Assembly (NCBI GenBank): GCA_964645585.1
Contig: CAZYAN010000012.1
Coordinates: 5,968-69,967, forward strand
Direction of reading: 5' to 3'
Origin: an uncultured Opitutales bacterium
GTDB lineage: Bacteria > Verrucomicrobiota > Verrucomicrobiia > Opitutales > T3Sed10-336
DNA: 64,000 bases
Under the pieces are notes generated by a model that had not been told where the DNA came from, made no database searches, and saw only the letters and a program-made list of their open reading frames with translations. The position numbers and the translations under genes are program-made. Below are positions 8,807 through 19,964 of this stretch, in pieces (positions within the stretch are counted from its first letter, which is position 1; each line of letters begins with the position of its first letter).

Positions 8807-11800
8807 ATGAACACGAATCGAGACGAATTGCTGATGACGAAGCTTGCCGCGGCGACCTGCGCGGTGTTCCTGATGCTGAGCACCGCGGCTAGCGGTGGAA
8901 CCTTTTTGGAGGAATGGACGGGAGGCGCGGATACGGAGAATCTGGTCGTTCTGGTGGCGGACGGTCAGCCGGCGGCGACCGTTGTTTTGCCGGAAAATCC
9001 GACGGGAGAGCACGAACGTGCGGCGAACTTGCTCGTCGATTCCGTTGAGCAAATGAGCGGCGCCCGGCTTTCCGTTGTTTCCGATCCCGGTTTGGTGGAA
9101 ACAGGAAACCGGATCTGGATCGGTCTGCGCCCGGAGTTGACGCAGTATTTTCCGGAGGCGGATCTCGGGTTCACAAAGCCGGAGGAGCTGGTTATGATCG
9201 CGAAACCGCGTGAGCTGCTGCTGGCGGGCCGCGACGAGACGGTCGACGGCGCTCCGGTTCAGGCGGGAACGCTGCTTTCGGTTTTGACGTTTTTGCAGGA
9301 TCGGCTCGGTGTACGCTGGCTCTGGCCAGGTGAGAACGGTACGGATTATCTCACGTCGGAAAACATCGCGTTCGCGCCGTTCGAATACCGGTATCATCCG
9401 CCGCTGACGCACCGGAATCTTCGCGGAGTGAATTTCGCGAATCGCTGGAACGCCGTCTTGCGCGAGGAGGACCGGCGGAAAGCGCCGAACAAAGAGGCGT
9501 TGATCGAAAAATACGCCGGCGGTTACGACGCGATGCCGGATTTAATGCGGGAAAAAGACCGGGAAGCGCAGGCGTGGTTTAACAAGCAGCGGGTTGGCGC
9601 CCAGAACGCCCGGGTACTCGGCGATTCGTTCAATCAGGCGGCGCGGGGAAGTCTGCCGTATGAGGCGCAGCATTCGTTCGGCGACTGGTATGACCGGTTC
9701 GCCAAGGATCATCCGGAGTGGTTTGCGCTGCAGCCGGACGGAACCCGGGTCAGCGAGCAGGAGGAGCCGTATCCGCAAAAAGATCGCGTAAAGCTCTGCA
9801 TTTCGAATCCGGAAGTCGCCGCCCAATGGCTGGACGATGCGGAGGCGTATTTTTCGGCGAATCCGAACGCGACGATGATCAGCGCCTCGCCGAACGACGG
9901 CGGCTGGCAAGGGTATTGCGTTTGCGAAGTCTGCAAAAGCTGGGACGCGCCGGATGCGCCGATGCTGCCGCGCACGCTGCTTTGGCGCGGGCACCAGGAG
10001 GAGCATCGCGCGCTCACGGATCGTTATGTGAAATTTTGGAATATCCTGGCCCGCGGGCTGAAGGAGCGTTTTCCGGATCGGGATTTGAAGATCGGGGTTT
10101 GGGCGTATTGCGCCTATGAGCCGGCGCCGGTTCGGGAAATGCTGGAGGATAATATCATCCCCGGCTATGTCGGGATTCGGAATCTCGAAGTCGGTCAAAA
10201 TTCCCGGGAACGGATCGAGAACAACGTCGCCGCCTGGCGCGGCTGGGCGGAGCACGGGGCATCGGGAATCGTCTGGCGGCCGAATACATTGAAGCGGAAC
10301 GCGGGTTTGCCTTATGTCTACATGCACCGGCACGGCGATGTCTGGAATGAACTGGCGAAAAACAAGATCGTCGGATTCGATGTCGACAGCATCCACCATC
10401 ACTGGTCGACGCAGGCGCCGCAGTTTTACGTGATGGCGCAGCTCGCGTGGGATCCGACGCGGAAGGCGCGGGAGATCCTGGACGACTTTTACCGGCGTGC
10501 CTTCGGGGAGGCGGCGGCTCGGTATGTGGACGCCTACTTTTCGGTTTTCGAGCAGCTTTATTACAAGATCGATGAAACGCACCAGGACTGGGGCAATCCC
10601 GCGTGGCACTTTTATTCAGGGCTTCCGCGCGCGTATCGCGAGATGAAACTTGCGCCGACGCTGGGACGGTCGATGGCGGATCACGCGTGGGGCGATTACC
10701 TGTGGGAAAAACCGGACGCGACGTTTACCGCCGAGGAGCTGGCCGCGGAATATCTGCGGCGGGCGGAAGCGGCGGTTGCAGACGGACCGGAGATCTACCG
10801 AAAGCGCGTGGCGTTCTTGCGCACGGGTTTTGAGTTGATCGATCCGCAGCTCGATATGATTGAGGTGATGAATGAAATCCGCGCCGGGACGGACGACATG
10901 GATGCGGTGATGAGCCAAGCGTATTCGGCGGCCGAACGCCGGGAAAAGGTGCTCATCGAAAATATCCGCAATTTCGCTTTCGGTTATCCGCAGCTGCTGA
11001 TGCATTACCGCTACATCATGCCGCAGCGCCTCGGGCCGCCGGAGAACCTCGAATCCGCGGCACCTCGCGGTTTCGGTTCGTGGCAGGCGGAGCATTTCAG
11101 TCCGGCGGAGCTGGCGGATGAATCGGTCAGCGGCCCGTATGCCGATCCCGATGGTGACGGGCTGGCCAATCTGCTCGAATACGCTCTCGGCGGAGATCCG
11201 CGATCGGCTTCTCCGGAAATTGCCCCGCGGACGGCGCTTGCGGAGGCGGAGGGAGGGCGTTTTCTGGTGTCGGGTTTTACTCGCCCGCATCCTTTTCCGA
11301 CCGACATCGACTACCGTGTCGAGACTTCGGACGACCTGGTTACATGGTTGGAAGAAGCCGAAGAAATGTCCGTGCTGATCGACGGATTCACGGCTGGCGA
11401 CGGCAGCGGGGGCAGTTACTCCGCTGGTGATATTCATGGCCAAGCGGGCGGTTTCGGTTGGGCGCCTGACTCTGTCTGGACCATGTCCGGGCCGGGCGGG
11501 CATCGGCGGCACATCGTACCCGGAGGCGGCCTGGAGTTTTCGAAGTTTTCCCTGAGCGGGCAAAACAATCTCATCAATCTCGCGCGCGAGCACCGGGCGG
11601 CGCACGACCCGCCGTTTGAGGTGCGGATCGATGTTGAACTTCTCGATCTCACCGGGATCCGGCTTTTGGAAGGTGAGCCGTCGCGCTCCGGCGCGAATCA
11701 CGCAGACGATCTTTTTGCGATCTTTGACGGGGGAGGAAAGCTCGGCCCGGTCACTTCGGATTCTCGGTGGTATTTGGAGGCTGCCGCCGGTCACTGGCAC

Positions 11801-12202
11801 GCGTTGCCCGGATCGGAAGCCGGCGGCAACTACGGAGAGCCGGTTCCGCTCGCGCCGCTGCTTGAGAACGAACGTTACGAGATCGCGGTTTCGATTCTGC
11901 CGGAGGCGAAGTGGCGGGTCTCCATTTTCATGGTGAACGCTGGACAGACCTACAAGTCGGGACCTATGCCGCTGATCGGGCGGAACGAAACCGTCTCGAA
12001 CTGGTTCAACCTGCGCGTCGGCGTTACGGATACGGCGGGCTCCGATTACAGGATTCGCCTGAATCGGCTCACGATCGGAAATCCGTTTGACTCAGCGGAG
12101 GGTTTCTTTGCTGGCGAACCCCGGTTTTTTCGGGACCGTCTGACGGATGGCGAGTCGGATCGGCGGTTTATGCGGCTTCGCGTCGAGCGGTCTGGAGGAT
12201 AA
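8807..12202 (+). CDS. Secreted DUF4838-like (GH20/GH67-like fold) protein with C-terminal shared module
   Basis: Signal peptide (alternative start M10 at 8834). 'SASPNDGGWQGYCVCEVCKSWD' matches the CxCxxC block I associate with DUF4838 proteins. C-terminal 'ADPDGDGLANLLEYALGGDP', module at about nt 11375-12090, and 'RRFMRLRVE'. The start is 6 nt after the previous stop. Confidence 0.7.
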   Translation: MNTNRDELLMTKLAAATCAVFLMLSTAASGGTFLEEWTGGADTENLVVLVADGQPAATVVLPENPTGEHERAANLLVDSVEQMSGARLSVVSDPGLVETGNRIWIGLRPELTQYFPEADLGFTKPEELVMIAKPRELLLAGRDETVDGAPVQAGTLLSVLTFLQDRLGVRWLWPGENGTDYLTSENIAFAPFEYRYHPPLTHRNLRGVNFANRWNAVLREEDRRKAPNKEALIEKYAGGYDAMPDLMREKDREAQAWFNKQRVGAQNARVLGDSFNQAARGSLPYEAQHSFGDWYDRFAKDHPEWFALQPDGTRVSEQEEPYPQKDRVKLCISNPEVAAQWLDDAEAYFSANPNATMISASPNDGGWQGYCVCEVCKSWDAPDAPMLPRTLLWRGHQEEHRALTDRYVKFWNILARGLKERFPDRDLKIGVWAYCAYEPAPVREMLEDNIIPGYVGIRNLEVGQNSRERIENNVAAWRGWAEHGASGIVWRPNTLKRNAGLPYVYMHRHGDVWNELAKNKIVGFDVDSIHHHWSTQAPQFYVMAQLAWDPTRKAREILDDFYRRAFGEAAARYVDAYFSVFEQLYYKIDETHQDWGNPAWHFYSGLPRAYREMKLAPTLGRSMADHAWGDYLWEKPDATFTAEELAAEYLRRAEAAVADGPEIYRKRVAFLRTGFELIDPQLDMIEVMNEIRAGTDDMDAVMSQAYSAAERREKVLIENIRNFAFGYPQLLMHYRYIMPQRLGPPENLESAAPRGFGSWQAEHFSPAELADESVSGPYADPDGDGLANLLEYALGGDPRSASPEIAPRTALAEAEGGRFLVSGFTRPHPFPTDIDYRVETSDDLVTWLEEAEEMSVLIDGFTAGDGSGGSYSAGDIHGQAGGFGWAPDSVWTMSGPGGHRRHIVPGGGLEFSKFSLSGQNNLINLAREHRAAHDPPFEVRIDVELLDLTGIRLLEGEPSRSGANHADDLFAIFDGGGKLGPVTSDSRWYLEAAAGHWHALPGSEAGGNYGEPVPLAPLLENERYEIAVSILPEAKWRVSIFMVNAGQTYKSGPMPLIGRNETVSNWFNLRVGVTDTAGSDYRIRLNRLTIGNPFDSAEGFFAGEPRFFRDRLTDGESDRRFMRLRVERSGG

Positions 12203-12374
12203 AGAAATCCGAAACGAAGCGGCTGCTGCGTCATCTCCGTTTGACGGAAGACGCGTTCTTCCGCGCGCAGCGGGGTGACGCGGAGATCAGAGGGGTTCGG
12301 ATTCGGATCGTGGGTCAGGATTTGCTGCATCGCCTTGGTTTGCCTTTCTCTCGGAATTTTCGATCAGTGAAGCC

Positions 12375-13586
12375 GTGTCGGTTTTTGCACTGATTCTGTT
12401 TTCCTTGCTGTTGCTGAACTTCCTTTGGTGGTGGCGTGCGGATTTTGCACTGAGGAAAAGCGGCTTCCGGTGGCGCGCGCGGATTTGTCCGCTGCTTTGG
12501 GCGCTGGCGATGGCGGGTTTTTTGCTCGTTCTGATATTGGCGAGAGACGCGTCGGCGCCGATCCGCGAGGCGGTTCCCGTTCCGGTGATCGCGGCGGTCT
12601 ATCTCTGGCATCTGCTCATTTTGCCCGTCTGGCTTTTTTTGCTGCCGGTCATCGAGTTCAGCCGCTTGGCCGGATGGTGGAAACGAAAACGCCGCCCGCC
12701 GATCGCTGCCGGCGATGTGCGCTGGAGCCGACGCCAATTTCTCACTTGGATCACCGCGATTCTGCCGCCGGTCTTTCTGACTGGTGTCACCGCGATTTCT
12801 CTGCCGCGGCTCAATCACTTTCGGATTCGGCGGTTCACGTTACCGATTCCGGGTCTGCCCGAAGAACTCGATGGCTTGACGATCGCTCAGCTGGCGGATG
12901 TCCATGTCGGCTCGTTCACCCACGGAAAAACGCTGGCGGCAATTGCGGAAACAACGAATTCCCTGCGGCCTGATCTCGTCGTGCTTCCGGGCGATTTGAT
13001 CAATAACGACATCAAGGACCTCCCCGAAGCAATTGAGATGGTCAAATCTCTCAAGGCGCCGCACGGCGTCTTTCTTTGCGAGGGGAATCACGATTTGATT
13101 CCTGGCCGCGAGCTGTTCGAAAAGCAAACCAAGGCCGCTGGGCTCCAGCTGCTCGTCAATGAAGCGCGGACGATCGGCATCAACGGCGCGCGTGTCCAGA
13201 TTCTGGGTCTTCGCTGGGGCGGTCCGCTGAATCCGCTGGAGCGCCCCGACGATTATTCCGAAGATGCGATTGCGGCATCGATGGAGGAGTTGCTGCGCTT
13301 GAGAGATCCGGACGCGTTTCCGATTCTGCTGGCGCACCACCCGCACGCGTTCGATCCGGCGGCGGACGCGGGGCTGCCGCTTGTTTTCGCCGGCCACACG
13401 CATGGCGGCCAGCTGATGGTGAACGCGAATTTCGGTTTCGGCCCGGCGATGTTTCGCTATTGGAGCGGCATTTACCGGAAGGAGAACAGCACGCTCGCTG
13501 TGTCGAACGGTGTCGGGAACTGGTTTCCGCTCCGCACCGCCGCGCCCGCTGAGATCCTGCATCTTACGCTGCGGCGTGAAGGCTGA
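12375..13586 (+). CDS. Membrane-anchored metallophosphoesterase (calcineurin-like)
   Basis: GTG start. Four N-terminal hydrophobic helices. Metallophosphoesterase motifs 'LADVHVG', 'LPGDLIN', 'GNHD', 'LAHHPH' and 'GHTHGGQ'. Confidence 0.85.
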   Translation: MSVFALILFSLLLLNFLWWWRADFALRKSGFRWRARICPLLWALAMAGFLLVLILARDASAPIREAVPVPVIAAVYLWHLLILPVWLFLLPVIEFSRLAGWWKRKRRPPIAAGDVRWSRRQFLTWITAILPPVFLTGVTAISLPRLNHFRIRRFTLPIPGLPEELDGLTIAQLADVHVGSFTHGKTLAAIAETTNSLRPDLVVLPGDLINNDIKDLPEAIEMVKSLKAPHGVFLCEGNHDLIPGRELFEKQTKAAGLQLLVNEARTIGINGARVQILGLRWGGPLNPLERPDDYSEDAIAASMEELLRLRDPDAFPILLAHHPHAFDPAADAGLPLVFAGHTHGGQLMVNANFGFGPAMFRYWSGIYRKENSTLAVSNGVGNWFPLRTAAPAEILHLTLRREG

Positions 13587-13676
13587 GCGCGCCGCGGAAC
13601 AGTTCGTCGGACAGCAGCAGGTTCGGATGTTCGCCGCTGTCGATCTCGCCGCCGTCATGAAACCATGAATACGTGA

Positions 13677-13880
13677 ACCGCGAGGTTCCTCCCGGCGTCA
13701 GGTGATGTTGAAAAGCGCGACGTGCTCCTGCTCGCGCTGGAGTTGTTTCGCGATTTTTCGATTGATTACACCGAAGCCTGTCTGGCCGCGGAGGCGCGGC
13801 TGACCGGTCATGCCGTCGCAAGTTTCGACACAGATTTTGAAAAGGTCCCGAAGCTGACGGGAAGCGTCCTTAGCCTGCGC
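13677..13880 (+). pseudogene. Truncated PIN-domain (VapC-like) remnant, C-terminal half only
   Basis: The frame opens right after a TGA at 13674-13676. 'LLLALELFRDFSIDYTEACLAAEARLTGHAVASFDTDFEKVPKL' resembles the last two helices/strand of PIN toxins. There is no N-terminal 'DTS' half and no antitoxin. The 3' end runs into the convergent response regulator. Confidence 0.3.
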
Positions 13881-14634
13881 CCTTGCCGGATGATTCGCGG
13901 ACGAGGTGTTTTTTCGCGCGGGCGATCGCGGCTCGGCCGAGGTGAATCGGATGTTTGTAGCCGTCGACTTCAAGATCAGCATGGTCACGGTCGTGTATTT
14001 GAAATTGCGCGACACGTTTGAGATTGATCAAGACGGAGCGGTCGAGGCGGACGAATTCCGTTCCTTTGAGTATCTTTTTCCATTCCTTGAGCGAGCGCAG
14101 AATCAAAACGTTTCCGCCGTCGCTGGTGAGGACCCGGGTGTAGGTATCCTCAGCGAGAATGGCGGCGATTTCGTCAACGGGGACTCGCCGCAAGTGGCTG
14201 CGATCTCCGAGAAAAATGAAACCGCCGGAATCGCCCGCCGCGGAGGACTCGCGAAGCTGGCGCCGGCATTTTTCGACCGACCGCGCGAGCCGTTCCTCGC
14301 GCACCGGCTTAACAAGATAATCGAGCGCTTCCTCCTCGAAGGCTTGCACGGCGAAATCGGCGTGGGCTGTGACGAAGACCACCGAGGTCTCGGGCGAAAT
14401 ATCGGGCAGAAGATCGAAGCCGTTTCTCGGAGACAGCTGGACATCGAGAAACAGGAGATCGATCGGATTCGCCGCAAGGCTGGACCGCGCCTCCTCCAGG
14501 CTTCCGGCTTCGGCCACGACTCGGGTGGCCTCCATCTTTTCGATCATTGCGCGTAAACGGCGACGGGCGAGGCGTTCATCATCGACGATCATGACGTCGA
14601 GATAACAATCGGATTTAGACGGGTCGCCCGGCAT
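13870..14634 (-). CDS. LytTR-family response regulator (REC + LytTR DNA-binding domain)
   Basis: 'VMIVDDERLARRRL', 'DLLFLDVQL' and 'VVFVTAH' REC motifs. C-terminal LytTR-like 'RVPVDEIAAILAEDTYTRVL'. ATG at 14634 overlaps the kinase stop by 20 nt (alternative ATG at 14592). Confidence 0.85.
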   Translation of the reverse strand: MPGDPSKSDCYLDVMIVDDERLARRRLRAMIEKMEATRVVAEAGSLEEARSSLAANPIDLLFLDVQLSPRNGFDLLPDISPETSVVFVTAHADFAVQAFEEEALDYLVKPVREERLARSVEKCRRQLRESSAAGDSGGFIFLGDRSHLRRVPVDEIAAILAEDTYTRVLTSDGGNVLILRSLKEWKKILKGTEFVRLDRSVLINLKRVAQFQIHDRDHADLEVDGYKHPIHLGRAAIARAKKHLVRESSGKGAG

Positions 14635-15691
14635 GGGATAAATGTTGGGCAGCTGGAAAATGAATGGCAACTGTAACCCATCCGCTGGCGGAGGGGGATT
14701 CGGGAAAATCGATCGTTCCTCCAAAATGAGCGACGGCTTTTTTCAGGTTGGCGAGGCCGATACCCAGGCCGGGTTCGTCGCTCGCCCGCACCCATGTACC
14801 CGTGTTCCGGACTTCGAGGCGGATTGCGTCTCCGTCGCGACATCCGGCAATCTCGATCTGGAGCGGACGCGGACTGGTTCGCTGGCCGTATTTGACCGCG
14901 TTTTCGACGGGAAAAAGAAGCATTCCCGCCGGAATGAGCGAAGGGAGAAGTTCGTCGACGACATCGATTCGATACGTCAAATCCTCCTCAAAGCGGTACT
15001 TTTCCAGCTGGAGGTAATTCTTTACAGCGGTCAGTTCGGATTCGAGCGTATTCTCGCGCTGGGTACGGTGCAGCGAAAATTGCAGATGATCGGACAGTGC
15101 CATCGTCATCGCCGTCACGGTTTCCGGTCTGTCGGCGGCGGCAAGGATCGTATTGAGAACGTTGAAGAGAAAATGCGGATCGACCTGCGCTCGCAACAGC
15201 GCGAGTTCGGTCTGGACCATCGCCGCTTCCGCCTGCGCCAGCCGCAAAGCCGTGTCCCGCGAATTTTGCCATTCGCACAAAAGCCAGTACAGGATCGCCC
15301 AGGTGCCGAACAGCGGCCAGCGAAGCAGCGCGGAGATTCCCAGGAAGTAATTCTTAACGTCCGGTATTTCGGAAAGAATCGCAATGTGGTAACTGACGAC
15401 GCCATCGAGAGCACTGGCGATCGCGGCAAACGAAAAGAGATAAAGGGTCATCCGAATGGCGGGCGTGTCCCGGCGCATGAGCCATTGGACGAGCGGTCGA
15501 AAGACGAAGCTCGTCATGAGAAAACCGGTAGAAGCGCGCAGCGTGGCGAAAAAGAAAGCGGAGGCCGGTTCGAGCTGCCAATTAATTGCCAGGAACATTC
15601 CGACCAAAACCGCGAATGACCAGATCAGCCCTTGGATGATCCAAAAAATAAAGGCCGCCGGCAGATTGATTCGGGAGTGCGGTGCGTTCAT
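14615..15691 (-). CDS. LytS/YehU-type sensor histidine kinase
   Basis: Five to six N-terminal TM helices. 'QVDPHFLFNVLNTI' His_kinase box. 'PVENAVKYG' N-box. 'GLGIGLAN' G-box. Confidence 0.85.
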   Translation of the reverse strand: MNAPHSRINLPAAFIFWIIQGLIWSFAVLVGMFLAINWQLEPASAFFFATLRASTGFLMTSFVFRPLVQWLMRRDTPAIRMTLYLFSFAAIASALDGVVSYHIAILSEIPDVKNYFLGISALLRWPLFGTWAILYWLLCEWQNSRDTALRLAQAEAAMVQTELALLRAQVDPHFLFNVLNTILAAADRPETVTAMTMALSDHLQFSLHRTQRENTLESELTAVKNYLQLEKYRFEEDLTYRIDVVDELLPSLIPAGMLLFPVENAVKYGQRTSPRPLQIEIAGCRDGDAIRLEVRNTGTWVRASDEPGLGIGLANLKKAVAHFGGTIDFPESPSASGWVTVAIHFPAAQHLSHAGRPV

Positions 15692-15847
15692 TCCGGCATG
15701 GTTTTAAACCGGGCCACCCGCGGTCGAGCGAGCCGAAAAACCGGGCGGCCATTTCGAATCCGCGGCGTAGCTTGGCGTTCCGGGGCTGCTGCCTGCTCCA
15801 CCGGCTGACGCCGTGTGGCCGCGCTTGTGCAAGCGCCGTCCGCCGCC

Positions 15848-16783
15848 CTACAGTTGCGTCAGGGCGATCAAATTTTGATAACGGCCGTCGATGATCGAGC
15901 GGGATGCTGATTCGAGCTGGGTGGAGCCGAACGCTTCAACCGTCAAACTCGCGGTGGCGGTCGCATAAGCGATCGCATGCTTGAGAGCGGGAAGGTCCGT
16001 TCGGTTTTCCGCCGCGAGATGGCCAACGAGGGCGCCGAGGTAGGAATCGCCGGCACCGGTCGGATCTTCCAGATCGGTGACGGGGAAGGCGGGGAACGCG
16101 AAGAGTCCGTCTGGATGGAAAAGGAGGGAGCCGTGCTGACCCTTTTTGATGACAACCATTCTCGGGCCGAGATTGAGAAGGCGGGCCCCAGCTTTGATCA
16201 GGTTCGTTTCCAGCGTCAGCATCAGCGCCTCCTCGTCATTGAGAACCAGCATGTCGAGGCGCGGGAGCAGTTGAAGGAGTTCGGCCCGTGCTGTTTCGAT
16301 CCAGAGATCGCGCGTGTCGGCCGCGACAAACGGCTTGCTTTTGACCTGGTCGAGCACGTGCAGTTGCAAGCCGGGCTGGATGTTGCCGAGCACGACGAAA
16401 GGTGTGTCTTGGTACGCGTTAGGCAAATGGGGTTTAAAGCGCTCGAAAACATTCAGTTCGATTTCGAGCGTTGTGCAGGTGCTGAAGTTGTCGGCATAAC
16501 GGCCTTCCCAGAAAAACGTTTTCCCGCTCGGATCGCGTTGCAGACCCTCCATGCAGATCCCGCGCTCCGAGAAGCGTGCAATATATTCCGGACCAAAATC
16601 GCTGCCGACGACCCCGATAATCCGCGTCGGAGCGAAGTAGCTCGAGGCGATGGCGGCGTAGGAAGCCGATCCGCCCAGAAGCATCGCCATGCGGTTGCTC
16701 GGCGTGTGAATATTGTCGAACGCGATGGAACCGACAACGACTACGGATGGTGCGGACGTGTCGGGCGTTTTGCTGTTAGCCAT
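15848..16783 (-). CDS. PfkB-family carbohydrate kinase
   Basis: 'VVVVGSIAFD' and 'LLGGSASYAA' motifs. C-terminal 'DPTGAGDSYLGALVGHL' is the ribokinase-family signature. Confidence 0.9.
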   Translation of the reverse strand: MANSKTPDTSAPSVVVVGSIAFDNIHTPSNRMAMLLGGSASYAAIASSYFAPTRIIGVVGSDFGPEYIARFSERGICMEGLQRDPSGKTFFWEGRYADNFSTCTTLEIELNVFERFKPHLPNAYQDTPFVVLGNIQPGLQLHVLDQVKSKPFVAADTRDLWIETARAELLQLLPRLDMLVLNDEEALMLTLETNLIKAGARLLNLGPRMVVIKKGQHGSLLFHPDGLFAFPAFPVTDLEDPTGAGDSYLGALVGHLAAENRTDLPALKHAIAYATATASLTVEAFGSTQLESASRSIIDGRYQNLIALTQL

Positions 16784-16852
16784 ACGTTCCGTAGAGAACG
16801 GAAGGATGCGGGGAATGCAAACGAAACTTGAGAACGTGGCCGCCGCCGGCGT

Positions 16853-17332
16853 TCAGGCGTTGACGGGAAGGCTCGTGACCAGGATCGGTTCGTCGTCGAT
16901 CTCGATGGTGATGCTGTAGTCGCCCGGCTGGTCGAAGCGGAGGTTGCGAATTTCGTTGATCAGGTTGATGCGCTGGACAGGGCTTTGGGATTCGAAGTTT
17001 CGCGCGACGATCTCCTTGGGATTCTCGAGATTCAGGCCGAAAAGGATTCGGATGCGGTGCATGCCGACCGAGACGTCGGTCAGCGTCAGAAACCAGATCA
17101 TGCGCGGATGGGTGACCGGAAAGTGCCTTGCTTTGATATTGGAGAAGACGCCGAGGAGCGTGTGTTTGCCTGAGCCCGGGTCGATATGGACGCCATCGCA
17201 GGTGATCCACGCGAGGATTTGCGGTTTTGCTTGCACCGGAGCACCTTGCGAGTGAGCGTTGCGCGAAGCAATCCTTATCGGGCGGCGGGGCGGGAAGCTT
17301 GGCGGCGAACCGTTCAGCGCGTACGGCCGCAC
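16853..17332 (-). CDS. Hypothetical protein (conserved-looking ~125-aa core)
   Basis: The core 'ILAWITCDGVHID...HTLLGVFSNI...FPVTHPRMIWFLTLTD' has good third-position GC. The start is uncertain: ATG at 17332, or GTG at 17236, which would leave a more normal divergent promoter with pyrG. Confidence 0.55.
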   Translation of the reverse strand: MRPYALNGSPPSFPPRRPIRIASRNAHSQGAPVQAKPQILAWITCDGVHIDPGSGKHTLLGVFSNIKARHFPVTHPRMIWFLTLTDVSVGMHRIRILFGLNLENPKEIVARNFESQSPVQRINLINEIRNLRFDQPGDYSITIEIDDEPILVTSLPVNA

Positions 17333-17364
17333 TTTTTCTTGTCATTTGGTTCCGATTCTCCTGA

Positions 17365-19772
<2,408 letters not shown>

Positions 19773-19964
19773 GCTTGGAACCTGCGGGCATCTTGCGGCT
19801 TTGTTATGCCGATCAGCCGCTTGCGCATGGCCGCCTTCATCGCGCTGCTTTTTGGCCTTTTCATTTCTGACGGCGGTGGACTAGGCTATTGGTTGCGCGC
19901 GTCGGTAATTTGACCTGCACGCAGCGGTTAACTTCCTCAAAATTTGATTCACTACCCGTTTGCC

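Noticed and set aside
13564-13821. 85-aa minus-strand ORF ending '...WFHDGGEIDSGEHPNLLLSDELF'.
   Set aside because: It is short, overlaps the phosphoesterase 3' end and the PIN relic, has an Arg-rich N-terminus and contains no recognisable motif.
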